Shown here piece by piece: positions 47,247 through 57,479 of a stretch of DNA of 64,000 nt. Both the position numbers and the translations under genes were made by a program. The stretch comes from an uncultured Patescibacteria group bacterium (GTDB lineage: Bacteria; Patescibacteriota; Microgenomatia; UBA1400; PJMF01), in contig CAJQIG010000004.1 in assembly GCA_905478415.1 (NCBI GenBank), positions 11,523 through 75,522 on the forward strand, written 5' to 3'. Each line of letters starts with the position of its first letter. Within the stretch, counting starts at the first letter, position 1. The notes under the pieces are model-generated. The model had not been told where the DNA came from and ran no database searches. It saw only the letters and a list, made by a program, of their open reading frames with translations.

Positions 47247-47993
47247 TTACTCTTCAACCTGATCAGTAGGAGCAATCTTAATAAGTGAGACAAACGGGTT
47301 TCTTAAGTCGCCAGATAACAGGTAATACTCTGCTGTATCAGCAGCCATAGTAAATGGCACAAATACTTTCATCGTCTGCCCTGGCATAGTTGTTAACTCT
47401 AGCCAGTCGGCTCTCTCAAAGTCTTCTTGTCCTATTCGTATAGCTAGATACGTATCTGCATTCAAATCTAAGACTGGTCCCGTTAATCGGGTGTCAACAG
47501 CTGCTACTTCAGCTACTACCACTCGTTGCTTGAGATACTGTTCGGGAACATCAACTGAAGAAGTAGCCTCAATCACACCCAAGTCATACACAGCAGATAA
47601 CGTAAACGCTATCCCACGATCTTGCCACTCTAAATCAAACGGATAGTGTGTTGTTTCCAGTTGGGTCAAAAAGTTCCCCGAGAGCACTGCATCTAAGAAT
47701 GTTTGCACTTGCACATGAGAAGACTCACTCGCAACCTCATCTACAGTTTCTTCCACCATTGGAACCTCTACTATTGGTGGCATCTTTCTTCTGGTACTAA
47801 AAAGGAACGCAACTATAAAAACACCAAGTCCTAAAATAAGTAACCCGAATCCGAAAACGTACTTCAAAGCAAAAGGTGACTTACTCTCTGCTGCATGACT
47901 CTGAGCAACTGCTGCCAACTCTTCAGCTGATGGTTGTGAAGCAATTCCTCCAGTCTGAGGTATCACTAGTTCTTCTTCAGGTACATCCGTCAT
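47247..47993 (-). CDS. Hypothetical membrane-anchored protein
   Basis: 248 aa; N-terminal acidic region, single TM (FGFGLLILGLGVFIVAFLF), extracytoplasmic domain. Confidence 0.4.
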   Translation of the reverse strand: MTDVPEEELVIPQTGGIASQPSAEELAAVAQSHAAESKSPFALKYVFGFGLLILGLGVFIVAFLFSTRRKMPPIVEVPMVEETVDEVASESSHVQVQTFLDAVLSGNFLTQLETTHYPFDLEWQDRGIAFTLSAVYDLGVIEATSSVDVPEQYLKQRVVVAEVAAVDTRLTGPVLDLNADTYLAIRIGQEDFERADWLELTTMPGQTMKVFVPFTMAADTAEYYLLSGDLRNPFVSLIKIAPTDQVEE

Positions 47994-48007
47994 AGGTCCC
48001 TTTACCC

Positions 48008-48421
48008 TTATTTTTTATCAAAATAATTCTTCCGCTTTTTTTCAAGCATTTGCTCATACTGTGTTTTTTTATCTTTAAACTTTACCAGTAACTCTTCCAA
48101 TTCCTTTTCTGAAAGATTCTCAATATCGAGCATCTTCATACTACTGCCCTTGAGTCCCTTCAGTAGTTCATCAAGCTTGAGATGAATAGCTTTTGAGTCT
48201 CGGTTCTGAGTATTCTGAATAAGAAACACCATCAAAAATGTCACAATTGTGGTAGTAGTATTAATAAAAAGCTGCCAAGTTTGTGAGTATCCAAACAGTG
48301 AGCCAGAGCTCGCCCAGATAATCACAATGGAACAAGCGGTCAAAAATGCCCAAACCGATCCACTTATTTTAGAAATTTTCGAGGCGATACGTCCAAATAC
48401 TTCATTCATATGTTCCTTCAT
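48008..48421 (-). CDS. Small membrane protein, DUF1003 / low-affinity iron-permease-like family
   Basis: ~137 aa from the Met at 48421; two TM helices (…FINTTTTIVTFLMVFLIQNTQNRD…); start overlaps the upstream P-type ATPase stop as ATGA. Confidence 0.45.
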   Translation of the reverse strand: MKEHMNEVFGRIASKISKISGSVWAFLTACSIVIIWASSGSLFGYSQTWQLFINTTTTIVTFLMVFLIQNTQNRDSKAIHLKLDELLKGLKGSSMKMLDIENLSEKELEELLVKFKDKKTQYEQMLEKKRKNYFDKK

Positions 48422-51015
48422 CTGACTACTTTCCTGTCTTCGACAAAAAAATGATTGTATATATACTTTATCATTTCGATGATAAAAGTCACTCCTAACG
48501 AAAAGGCTCCAATAATCTGCCAATGTACAAGTCCTAATGGAGCAAAATTAAAGAACGACTGTAGCGGGTCAAAGTAGATAGGAATAATGGTGGCCGCAAA
48601 TGAAACCACTACAGCTAAAAGTAGCCATGGATTCCTTGCTAATGATTCTTCCCATATATTCTTTGTAATCGTTCGACACGAAAAAACATACACTAATGAA
48701 TCAATTGCAAGCAATGCAAAACTGAGTGTCCGAGCTACTTCTAGTCCGAACCGAGGTAAGCTCCAAGTATAGACCAGTAATGTTGAGATTCCTGTAACAA
48801 AGGAAATCACTCCAATCAGTAAAAGCAACTCACCAGTGAGTATTTTTTCATGCGCTCTGATTGGTTTCTCTTGTAAGAGACCGTCATCCTTTGGATCAAT
48901 CGTCAATGCCAGATTAGGAAAAACATCGTTTACTATATTAATCCATAGAATCTGAGCTGCCGTAATGGCTAAAGGCAATCCTAAGAATAAACTGCCCATC
49001 ACTAAAATAACCTCGCTAAAAGTATCACTCAATAGAAAAAGTAAAATTTTACGTAAGTTGGCAAAAATTCCTCTACCTTCTTCAACAGCCGATAAGATGG
49101 TTGAAAAATTTGAATCAAGCAACACAATATCTGCTGATTCTCGAGCAATGTCACTTGCATCTCCAACCACCAATCCAATCTCTGCGGCTGCAATTGCAGG
49201 CGCATCATTAACCCCATCTCCCATCATGGCCACAACTTCCTTCTTTTTTTGGAGTGCACGAACAATGCGAAGTTTTTGCGACGGTTTTGTCCGAGCAAAA
49301 AGCTGAACTGATGAAACCATAGCTTCCAGTTTCTCGTCACTCATTTTTTCAAGCTCAATGCCATCAATTATTTGAGAATCGTGTACCTTAATACCAATCT
49401 CCTCCATAACTGCCTTGGCTGTTTCTCTATAGTCACCAGTAATAACTGTCACAGCAATACCTGCAGCTCGAGCGCGCTCAAATGCTTTCTTGACACCCTT
49501 CCTAACCGGATCCGTAAAACCAAACAAGCCAACCCACTTAACCGAAACTCGAGCTTTGTTAGCGCCTTTGAGAGCTACAAAAAGACGTTTTGCTTCCGAC
49601 ACACTAGTACACTTTCGATACCCCATCCCAATCACTCGTTTACCACCTTGCGCCCAAGTTTTTACCTGAGCTTGAACTTTGTGAGCAGATGAACTCGATA
49701 CTGTTGAGTATCCCAACACTGTCTCAGGAGCTCCAACAATAAAGATTTCATTTTTAGCTCTAACTGCCAAAAAACGACGCTCACTCGAAAACGGGATCCG
49801 TTCATCAATTTTTACAGACTCTTGGAGCATTTCTGGACTCACCCCCTTCTGTTGACCATTTGAGTATTCTTGTGCCCATTTCCAACGAGCAAACTCGAGT
49901 GGATCTCGCAATTCATTCGCAATCACGGCTGTTCGATACGCTAGATTTGTATCTGTAAATGAAGTATCCGTTACTTTTAGCTTTCCTTCAGTTAGAGTGC
50001 CTGTCTTATCAACACACACTCGAGTCACTGTTCCCAGTGTCTCTGTGGCTACCAAGTTCCTCACTAGGGCTTTCTTCTTAAGAATTCGATTCATACCAAT
50101 AGCCAAAATAGCAGTTAAAGCCACTACTAGTCCCTCCGGAATAGCCGAGACTGCCAAAGCAACAGAGATAATTAACATCTCGGAAAAACTTTGACCAGTT
50201 ACTACTCCAAAGAAAAAGGTAATTCCAGCCAAAATAACAACTACAATAGTAATTAATTGAGCCAAATAGTTGAGCCGCTTTTCAAGAGGAGTTTCTTTAT
50301 GCGTTTGTTCATCAATAGTAATAGCAATATGTCCCATCTCGGTATCCATACCAACGGCTGTTACCACCATCTTAGCCACACCCGTAACCATTGTTGTGCC
50401 CAAGTAGGCAGTTACTGTTCTTTGCGACTTGGCCACTTTCTTAAGCTGCACTGCTACTTCACTAAAGGTACCATAGGATACTTTCTGAGAAAGCACTTCT
50501 TTTGAAACGGGAATACTTTCACCCGTGAGCACTGCTTCATTGACAATACTATCTGACGCCTCCAAAAACACCCCATCAGCAGGAATCTTATCACCCTCAT
50601 AGAGTAGAACCACATCACCAACAACAATTTCTTCTGCAGGAATTCTTAATCGGTCACCATCTCGAATAACCCAAGCTTCCTCGGTAATAACATCCTTTAA
50701 AGCTTGCATTGATTTAAAAGCTTTACGTTCCTGATAAAACCCAAGCAAAGCATTTACCAAAACAGCAAATGAAATCACCATTGTATCAACACTATCCCCA
50801 AGCACTGCGGTAATAATAGCTGCCACCAAAAGTACTAAAACTAGAGGACTTTTAAATTGAGCTACAAAAAATTGAATATCAGAAGGAATTGGCTTACTAG
50901 CAATGGTATTTTTTTGACCATGTTTCTGGGCCCTAATTACCTGCTGTTGAGTCAGACCAACAAGTAAATATGCTTCGACAATTTTTTTAAACGAAGACTG
51001 GGCAGCTTGTGACAT
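48418..51015 (-). CDS. P-type cation-transporting ATPase (type II, Ca2+/Mg2+-like)
   Basis: 865 aa; DKTGTLT phosphorylation motif, PEGL, MGDGVNDAPA hinge, 10 TM helices. Confidence 0.92.
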   Translation of the reverse strand: MSQAAQSSFKKIVEAYLLVGLTQQQVIRAQKHGQKNTIASKPIPSDIQFFVAQFKSPLVLVLLVAAIITAVLGDSVDTMVISFAVLVNALLGFYQERKAFKSMQALKDVITEEAWVIRDGDRLRIPAEEIVVGDVVLLYEGDKIPADGVFLEASDSIVNEAVLTGESIPVSKEVLSQKVSYGTFSEVAVQLKKVAKSQRTVTAYLGTTMVTGVAKMVVTAVGMDTEMGHIAITIDEQTHKETPLEKRLNYLAQLITIVVVILAGITFFFGVVTGQSFSEMLIISVALAVSAIPEGLVVALTAILAIGMNRILKKKALVRNLVATETLGTVTRVCVDKTGTLTEGKLKVTDTSFTDTNLAYRTAVIANELRDPLEFARWKWAQEYSNGQQKGVSPEMLQESVKIDERIPFSSERRFLAVRAKNEIFIVGAPETVLGYSTVSSSSAHKVQAQVKTWAQGGKRVIGMGYRKCTSVSEAKRLFVALKGANKARVSVKWVGLFGFTDPVRKGVKKAFERARAAGIAVTVITGDYRETAKAVMEEIGIKVHDSQIIDGIELEKMSDEKLEAMVSSVQLFARTKPSQKLRIVRALQKKKEVVAMMGDGVNDAPAIAAAEIGLVVGDASDIARESADIVLLDSNFSTILSAVEEGRGIFANLRKILLFLLSDTFSEVILVMGSLFLGLPLAITAAQILWINIVNDVFPNLALTIDPKDDGLLQEKPIRAHEKILTGELLLLIGVISFVTGISTLLVYTWSLPRFGLEVARTLSFALLAIDSLVYVFSCRTITKNIWEESLARNPWLLLAVVVSFAATIIPIYFDPLQSFFNFAPLGLVHWQIIGAFSLGVTFIIEMIKYIYNHFFVEDRKVVR

Positions 51016-51033
51016 ACTAAAAACTTTATACTA

Positions 51034-51924
51034 TTACCTCATACCAGCAGTAAACTGAGAGACATCATACTGTTGAACTTCCTGAGTGAGCTCTGTTGGA
51101 ATATCTTTTCTAACCGCATCCCGAGACATAAAGGGCACTGAGTGAGGATCTTGAAAAATAATGCCCGTAGCAATCTTTTCATCGACATCTTCAGCGGCAG
51201 CGAGTGCTGCTGCTCGATCACTCGGATCATACCCTTCAGTCGCAACATTATAGACTCGTTGTTGATACCACTCGTGCGGTGTTGTCTTGTTATATGAAGG
51301 ACAATTTTGAAGTACCTCAACAAAACTAAAGCCCGGATGCTTCATAGCAGCTTGAAATATAGTATTCATTCCCCTGATGTCACCAGAAAAAACTCGTGCT
51401 GAAAAACTTACACCCAGTGATAACACAAAACGTTGTGCATGCACCGGGTCCGAAGTCACTCCATCTGGAGAAGAGTTCATCGGAATATCTTTTCTGGTCG
51501 TAGCCGAAGCCTGCCCCTTTGTTAAACCATAGTTTTCATTATTGTGACAAATAAAAGTTATATTAAAGTTAGCACGGACCGCGTGAGCTAGGTGATTAAT
51601 ACCTTCACCGAAGGTTGCCCCATCTCCAGCCTCCATCACTACCGTAAGATTTTTATTTGCACAAGCTATGCCAGCAGCAAGCGGAATCACCCGACCATGA
51701 AGTCCATGAAATCGGTATCCACCAATCTTATCAGAACCATTACCATTACACCCAATATCGTAACAAAGCATAGCCTGGTGTGGAGTAACGCCTAAGGCCA
51801 CTAATGCTTGTTTGAGAGCAACTTGAATACCGAAGTTTCCACAGCCAGGACACCAAGTCAGAGCATTTGGTGAAGCATAGTCTGCCAAAGTTGTCGTTTT
51901 TGTAGAGCAAGTAGTACATGACAT
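51034..51924 (-). CDS. 2-oxoacid:ferredoxin oxidoreductase beta subunit (TPP-binding)
   Basis: 296 aa; CPGCG motif, GDG TPP-binding, typical KorB/PorB length. Confidence 0.88.
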   Translation of the reverse strand: MSCTTCSTKTTTLADYASPNALTWCPGCGNFGIQVALKQALVALGVTPHQAMLCYDIGCNGNGSDKIGGYRFHGLHGRVIPLAAGIACANKNLTVVMEAGDGATFGEGINHLAHAVRANFNITFICHNNENYGLTKGQASATTRKDIPMNSSPDGVTSDPVHAQRFVLSLGVSFSARVFSGDIRGMNTIFQAAMKHPGFSFVEVLQNCPSYNKTTPHEWYQQRVYNVATEGYDPSDRAAALAAAEDVDEKIATGIIFQDPHSVPFMSRDAVRKDIPTELTQEVQQYDVSQFTAGMR

Positions 51925-51926
51925 AT

Positions 51927-53678
51927 CTAATTCTCTTCCCGTTGTATTTCTGAAAGTATCTCGTTAACGAAGAATGGTCTGCCCTCGTTTTTAAGTACGA
52001 TATGATCTGGCGTAAAACCAGATTCCATACGGACAAGTTTGGCCAGCTGACCAGTTCCATTATTCTCCACAAAAACAACTTTTTGAGCTGTCTGAGCGAG
52101 CGCCTCCAAACGTTCAGTCTTGAGTGGAAACAGGTATTCGTAATGGAGATACGAGCATTTTTTAGAACCACCAGTTTGTTGATACAGTTGTATGGCATCA
52201 AGAACGGTAAGCTTCACACTTCCCCAACCAACATATAAAACATCACAGGCTTCTTCACCAAAAAGTTCTGGTTCTGGTAGCGCTGCAGCGATAGTATCGT
52301 GCTTTCGCATTCGTCGCTCAAAAATTTCTTTAGATGGTCCAGAATCCTCAGTCAAAGAACCATCACCCAAATGTTCATCACTATTAGCATCAAAAGTAGG
52401 AGCACACTGTCCTGGCAACCAACGTGGGGTCACACCAGATTCAGTATTCTTATACCGATCCATGTTTGAAAGTGAACCAAGTTCGCTTTCAGGTACTAGT
52501 CCACGAGAAATCTCTATTGAAGCCGGAAGATCTTTAAGATGAAAGTGGGACTCGGCAATCTGCTTTTCAGTTAACAAAATAACTGGAATTTGATATTCTT
52601 CCGAGAGATTAAGTGCTACCTGAGTTAAGGTAAAACAAGAACTTGGATCACTTGCAGCCAAAACCACCTTTGGATACTCACCATGACCAGAGAAAACTGC
52701 AAGTAATAAATCAGCAGCATTTGTCCAAGTAGGCAAACCGGTTGCTGGACCTGGACGTTGAGCAACTACACAAACAAATGGTGTTTCAGTCATACCAGCT
52801 AGAGAAACCGTTTCAGTCATCAAGTCAAAGCCACCGCCAGACGTTCCACACATGGCTCGAGTGCCTGCAAACGAAGAACCAACGGTCATCTGGGCAACCG
52901 AAATTTCATCTTCAATTTGCTTAACCAGCATTCCAGTTTGGTGAGAAATACTCGCCAAGTAACTCAAAATAGAACTTGAAGGTGTCATTGGATAGGCATA
53001 GTAAGCCCTAACACCACCCGCTACAGCACCGAGGGCTATGGCTTGATTTCCTCCGATAATAATGTCATCAACTAAATCTGAGTTTAAAGTAAAAGGTAAC
53101 TCAACTGGGATAAGACCAGCATCCTCAAATGCTTTACCAGCTTCGATCATGGCAATATTTGGTTCGATAACATCAGGTTTTTTCTCAAACTGTTTTCGGA
53201 CTACTTGTAGTAGTGGCTCTGAAGGAAGACCTAAAAGCTTCCACAGTACTCCCAATAAAAATGTATTGGCCATCAAAGGGTGTCCACCCGCTTCTTTTAC
53301 CAATTGTTGTGCAGGGACAAAAATCAAGGAAATATTTTTTTCGGTCAAAATTGCTTGTTGTTGCTCACTCACTTGCAATCCAATAACAGAGTGAATAACA
53401 GTACCGTTAGGTGCTACAGAGGGCAAATAAGCGGTGAAAGCACTGACACTCAGAACCAAAAGAATGTCACAGTGTTCTGCTGCCGAGTTGAGCAGCTGAT
53501 CAGAAAAATCAACTTGAAATGATGCGAATCCTCCCTTTATAAGAGATGGATATTCTCGATAGCCAAAACTGTAGAGACCAGACTCTTTGAGGGACTTGGA
53601 AATAGTATCCCCAACGGAATTAATACCCTGTCCAGATGCACCGGACACTTTAACGACAAATCGATTGTGAATATGCAT
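51927..53678 (-). CDS. 2-oxoacid:ferredoxin oxidoreductase alpha subunit with fused N-terminal gamma domain
   Basis: 583 aa; N-terminal gamma-like GASGQG region then the alpha pyrimidine-binding domain; two-subunit OFOR architecture. Confidence 0.85.
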   Translation of the reverse strand: MHIHNRFVVKVSGASGQGINSVGDTISKSLKESGLYSFGYREYPSLIKGGFASFQVDFSDQLLNSAAEHCDILLVLSVSAFTAYLPSVAPNGTVIHSVIGLQVSEQQQAILTEKNISLIFVPAQQLVKEAGGHPLMANTFLLGVLWKLLGLPSEPLLQVVRKQFEKKPDVIEPNIAMIEAGKAFEDAGLIPVELPFTLNSDLVDDIIIGGNQAIALGAVAGGVRAYYAYPMTPSSSILSYLASISHQTGMLVKQIEDEISVAQMTVGSSFAGTRAMCGTSGGGFDLMTETVSLAGMTETPFVCVVAQRPGPATGLPTWTNAADLLLAVFSGHGEYPKVVLAASDPSSCFTLTQVALNLSEEYQIPVILLTEKQIAESHFHLKDLPASIEISRGLVPESELGSLSNMDRYKNTESGVTPRWLPGQCAPTFDANSDEHLGDGSLTEDSGPSKEIFERRMRKHDTIAAALPEPELFGEEACDVLYVGWGSVKLTVLDAIQLYQQTGGSKKCSYLHYEYLFPLKTERLEALAQTAQKVVFVENNGTGQLAKLVRMESGFTPDHIVLKNEGRPFFVNEILSEIQREEN

Positions 53679-53714
53679 GTCTACACTGTATCAAAAAAAT
53701 CTGATATATGAAAA

Positions 53715-55925
53715 CTAAAATTCTGAGAGAATAACCTTACCATCAACAGCATACGCTTCATCTTTGGTAACAATCACTGGATTAATCTCTATTTCAGCAA
53801 AGAAAGGTAGCTTCGTAACCAAATCGGTGAGTTGAGCCATCAGGTGATACAAACGTTCAAGAGCTAATGATTGCCCACCTCGATACCCCGTTAACAGCGC
53901 ATACGCTTTTGACTCCTCGACCAACTTTTTAATATCTCTAGCAGTTACTGGTAACACATGGATGTTATGATCAGAAATGAGCTCAACCAAAGTGCCGCCA
54001 GCTCCAAACATCAGCACATTCCCAAACTGTGGAGTTCGTTTAATACCGACAATAACTTCGACCCCATTCTCAATTTGAGACTGCATCTGCAGTTGAGTTG
54101 TTTTCCTAATACCCACTGGCAAATCAGTCATCCGTCCAATCAGTTGTTGTGAAGCAGCCTCAAGTTGTTTCTTACCCCTAATACCAGTGATTACACCACT
54201 GACTTCTGTCTTGTGAAGTAACTCAGGAGCACTGAGTTTTAAAACCACAGGGTACCCATGAATCCCAGCGAATCGTTTTGCTTGCTCCAGGTTAGCAACT
54301 ACCGTACTTGGAGGAGTCGCAATATCCCAATCGTCAAACAGCTCCTGAATTTTACTGCTTTCTAGATACCGTTCTCCTGCAACTAATCTACTTCGAATGT
54401 ATTCAAGGTGATGATGCTGAGCTGAGGGCACAACGGGGGCTACTTCAAGCGGTGTCTGTTTCTTGGCTGCCTCTTTCTGCCACTCTTTCCACCACCACAT
54501 TTTTCCAAGTGCACCGATTGCTCTTTCTGGATAGCTGAAAAAAGGAATTTTGTATTTGCTTAAAACTTTCTCACCACTACTAATTAATTGGCCTCCCATA
54601 AAGGAGCAAAAAATTGGTTTTCGATACTTTTGAGAAAGTCTGCCAATTACTAACGCTGTCTTTTCAATCTCGGTCATAACTTGGGGAGTTAAAATAACCA
54701 TAATTGCATCAACTTTATCTTCCTCTAAAAGCAACCTCAAAGCTTTTTCGTATCGATCAGAAAGTGCATCACCCAACACATCAACTGGATTCACGATACT
54801 TGCAGCCCGCGGTAAATGGCGAGTAAGTAGCTCTTTCGTTTCTTTTGAAAGCGGTGCCATTTCAAGTCCTGCTTCTATAACTGCATCACTACTCACCACC
54901 GCTGGTCCACCTGCATTTGATAAAATAGCAATCCGCTTGCCTTCAGGAGCATCACTCCAAGAGAAAGCTTTGGCTAAATCAAACATGTCTTCGATAGTGT
55001 GACAACGAATAACTCCTGCTTGTGTAAATGCTTGAGAGAGCACAACATCATCACCAGCAATCGCTCCGGTATGAGACTGCATGGCTTTTTGAGCAGCACT
55101 CGATTTTCCTGGTTTTAAAATGAATAGTGGATTATTCTTGGCCACTTGTGTAGCAAGTTCAATAAACCTGGATCCATCAGTAAGTGACTCCAAATACATT
55201 CCAATGGGATGATATGAAGAACTATCTAGCCTCTGTGCATCCCGAACCTTTTCTGCTGGATTTTCGAGCCAATACTCCAAAAAATCATTTTCTGTGAGTA
55301 CCGCTTTATTACCAAGGGTAATAAAATCTAGAAACCCAAGCTCATGATGCTCCGCCCAATCAAAAATACTTGTGGCGATCGCTCCAGACTGAGAAATAAA
55401 GTGCATTCGTCCAGCCCGTGAAATACCCTGTCCAAAAGTTGCGTTCAACTTTTTAGGTGTGTACACATGTCCTAAGCAATTTGGTCCTAAAATACTCAGA
55501 CCAAATTCTTTGGCTACAGCCACTAGCTCTGCCTCAAGAAGAGCACCTTCTCGACCAGTTTCTTTAAATCCAGCTGAAATAATAACTACGGCTTTCGTAC
55601 CTTTCTGTCCAATTTCTCTGACGACATCAAGCACAAACTGGGCTGGAATAGCGATAATTGCTAAATCTGGAATTTGAGGAATCTGAGCATAGTGTGAATA
55701 CACTGGCAACCCAGCAATGGTAGTTTCATGTCCATTAACTGGATAGACAACACCCTTATACCCACCTTCAATAATGTTTTTTAGTAAAATAGCTCCAAGC
55801 TTGTGAGAATTGCTGGATGCCCCAACGACTGCAATGGAACGTGGTGCTAGTAGTTTGTTGATTTCTGTATTCATGGGCAGAATTAAAATGAGCTCCTCTA
55901 TACCTTTCAGTATAAAGGAGCCCAA
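53715..55925 (-). CDS. Acetyl-CoA synthetase (ADP-forming), fused alpha/beta (ACD); start probably the Met at 55874
   Basis: 736 aa; N-terminal CoA-binding (SIAVVGAS), succinyl-CoA-synthetase-like ligase-CoA region, C-terminal ATP-grasp. Confidence 0.85.
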   Translation of the reverse strand: MGSFILKGIEELILILPMNTEINKLLAPRSIAVVGASSNSHKLGAILLKNIIEGGYKGVVYPVNGHETTIAGLPVYSHYAQIPQIPDLAIIAIPAQFVLDVVREIGQKGTKAVVIISAGFKETGREGALLEAELVAVAKEFGLSILGPNCLGHVYTPKKLNATFGQGISRAGRMHFISQSGAIATSIFDWAEHHELGFLDFITLGNKAVLTENDFLEYWLENPAEKVRDAQRLDSSSYHPIGMYLESLTDGSRFIELATQVAKNNPLFILKPGKSSAAQKAMQSHTGAIAGDDVVLSQAFTQAGVIRCHTIEDMFDLAKAFSWSDAPEGKRIAILSNAGGPAVVSSDAVIEAGLEMAPLSKETKELLTRHLPRAASIVNPVDVLGDALSDRYEKALRLLLEEDKVDAIMVILTPQVMTEIEKTALVIGRLSQKYRKPIFCSFMGGQLISSGEKVLSKYKIPFFSYPERAIGALGKMWWWKEWQKEAAKKQTPLEVAPVVPSAQHHHLEYIRSRLVAGERYLESSKIQELFDDWDIATPPSTVVANLEQAKRFAGIHGYPVVLKLSAPELLHKTEVSGVITGIRGKKQLEAASQQLIGRMTDLPVGIRKTTQLQMQSQIENGVEVIVGIKRTPQFGNVLMFGAGGTLVELISDHNIHVLPVTARDIKKLVEESKAYALLTGYRGGQSLALERLYHLMAQLTDLVTKLPFFAEIEINPVIVTKDEAYAVDGKVILSEF

Positions 55926-55966
55926 GAGTAACTGTAAAGCTCAATAGCACTCAAAATTACTCATTT

Positions 55967-56398
55967 TTATTGTGCAGTTTGTACTAGTCCGATCATCATT
56001 GTCTCTAAAAATCCTTGGGCTTTCTCCGAGTGAGGACCAGAACCATTTGGTCGATCAAAAAATGCTTCAGTTACTTCAGTTCCACAATTTTGGGCAATGA
56101 CATCACCACCTGGGTGTTTTTGAGCAGTGACATACTCAGAAACATCGTACACGGAGTCATTAACAACCAACCAACAATCTTCAGCAGTTTTATGAGTGGA
56201 AACTTCTTCTAAAGAATAGCGAGCCATCATAGCTTCAGGCTGAGTTGCAGACTCTTCAGCCCCCATAGCCTCAACCTCAGTTGTTTGGGACTCTTCCATC
56301 ATGGCTTCATCTTGAGAAGTCTCTTGTTTTTCTCCTAAAGTGCATCCTGCTAAAACTATGCTGCATACACCAACTACAGCCAACTGTTTGATATTCAT
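55967..56398 (-). CDS. Cytochrome b5-like haem-binding domain lipoprotein
   Basis: ~143 aa from MNIKQL; lipobox LAGC; b5 motifs HKTAEDCWLVVNDSVYDVSEYVTAQKHPGG. Confidence 0.65.
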   Translation of the reverse strand: MNIKQLAVVGVCSIVLAGCTLGEKQETSQDEAMMEESQTTEVEAMGAEESATQPEAMMARYSLEEVSTHKTAEDCWLVVNDSVYDVSEYVTAQKHPGGDVIAQNCGTEVTEAFFDRPNGSGPHSEKAQGFLETMMIGLVQTAQ

Positions 56399-56543
56399 AG
56401 GAACCTTTCTCCAAGAACAAATCTTGTATTTATACAATCAGGGTGCTGAAAGTGTAGCAGACTTTACATTATTGAACAATAAAACATGCCTAATAGGCTC
56501 CAGCTTGACAGCTATGCCCCTTTCCATTCAGAATGAAGATACT

Positions 56544-57461
56544 ATGAAAAACTCAAACAAGATTGCCATTATTGGTTGTGGAAATGTCGGTATGACAGCC
56601 GCCTACTCGATTTTACATAAAGGTAATGTTGACGAGCTGGTCCTCTTTGGCCGACATAAAGAAGCACTCATCGGAGAAAAACTTGACCTCGAACATGGCC
56701 TCAGTTTTTTATCTACAGCCAAGATTATTGCCTCGGACGACTATGCTGATTTGGCAGGTAGTGACGTTATTGTGTATACGGCTGGTGCAGCGCAAAAACC
56801 TGGGGAGACAAGACTTGACCTGACCAACAAGAATGTAGCTATTATAGAAAGCATCATCCCGCAAGTTGTCAAACATGCACCAGATGCAGTCGTCCTGGTT
56901 GTCGCCAACCCCGTTGATATCCTCACCTATAAAGCCTACTTAGCTGCTGGTTTACCAAAAGGTCGTATCTTTGGATCTGGTACGACTCTTGATACTGCCC
57001 GTTTTAGATTTCATTTATCAGAATTTATGAATGTCCATCCACGCAGTATTCATGCCTATGTACTTGGTGAACATGGTGACCACTCATTTCCATCACTTTC
57101 AAGTGCAAATATTGGCGGACAAAACCTCAAAGACTTTCCAAACTTTACTGAAGAGAAAGCTTTAAAAGCCTATCAAAAAGCTCGAGCTGCTGCTTATAAA
57201 ATCATTGAATCTAAGGGAGCAACCTACTACGCTATTGGTGCTGATATTTCCAGCATTGTCTCAACTATCCTCAAGGATAAGCGATCTGTCTTGGCTGTCT
57301 CAATCCCACTGCACAACTACTATGGACAAAGCGGCATTGCTTTAAGTGTGCCATGTATTGTCGGTAGAAATGGAGTCGAACATGTACTTAAAGCCAATCT
57401 TTCGAAACATGAGCAAAAACTACTCGAAAGAGCTGCTACTGCACTCAAAAGCTTTCTCTAA
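56544..57461 (+). CDS. ldh: L-lactate dehydrogenase
   Basis: ~305 aa from MKNSNKIAIIGCGNVG (Rossmann GxGxxG); substrate-loop Gln (AGAAQKPGETRLDL); catalytic His in GEHGDHSFP. Confidence 0.88.
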   Translation: MKNSNKIAIIGCGNVGMTAAYSILHKGNVDELVLFGRHKEALIGEKLDLEHGLSFLSTAKIIASDDYADLAGSDVIVYTAGAAQKPGETRLDLTNKNVAIIESIIPQVVKHAPDAVVLVVANPVDILTYKAYLAAGLPKGRIFGSGTTLDTARFRFHLSEFMNVHPRSIHAYVLGEHGDHSFPSLSSANIGGQNLKDFPNFTEEKALKAYQKARAAAYKIIESKGATYYAIGADISSIVSTILKDKRSVLAVSIPLHNYYGQSGIALSVPCIVGRNGVEHVLKANLSKHEQKLLERAATALKSFL

Positions 57462-57479
57462 TACAAAAATACAAAGAGA

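Noticed and set aside
52192-52542. 116-aa plus-strand ORF
   Set aside because: It is antisense within the OFOR alpha gene.
56340-56543. Upstream extension of ldh to the ATG at 56340
   Set aside because: The extension would overlap the convergent cytochrome-b5 gene by ~100 nt and adds non-LDH sequence. The Rossmann N-terminus begins at Met 56544.
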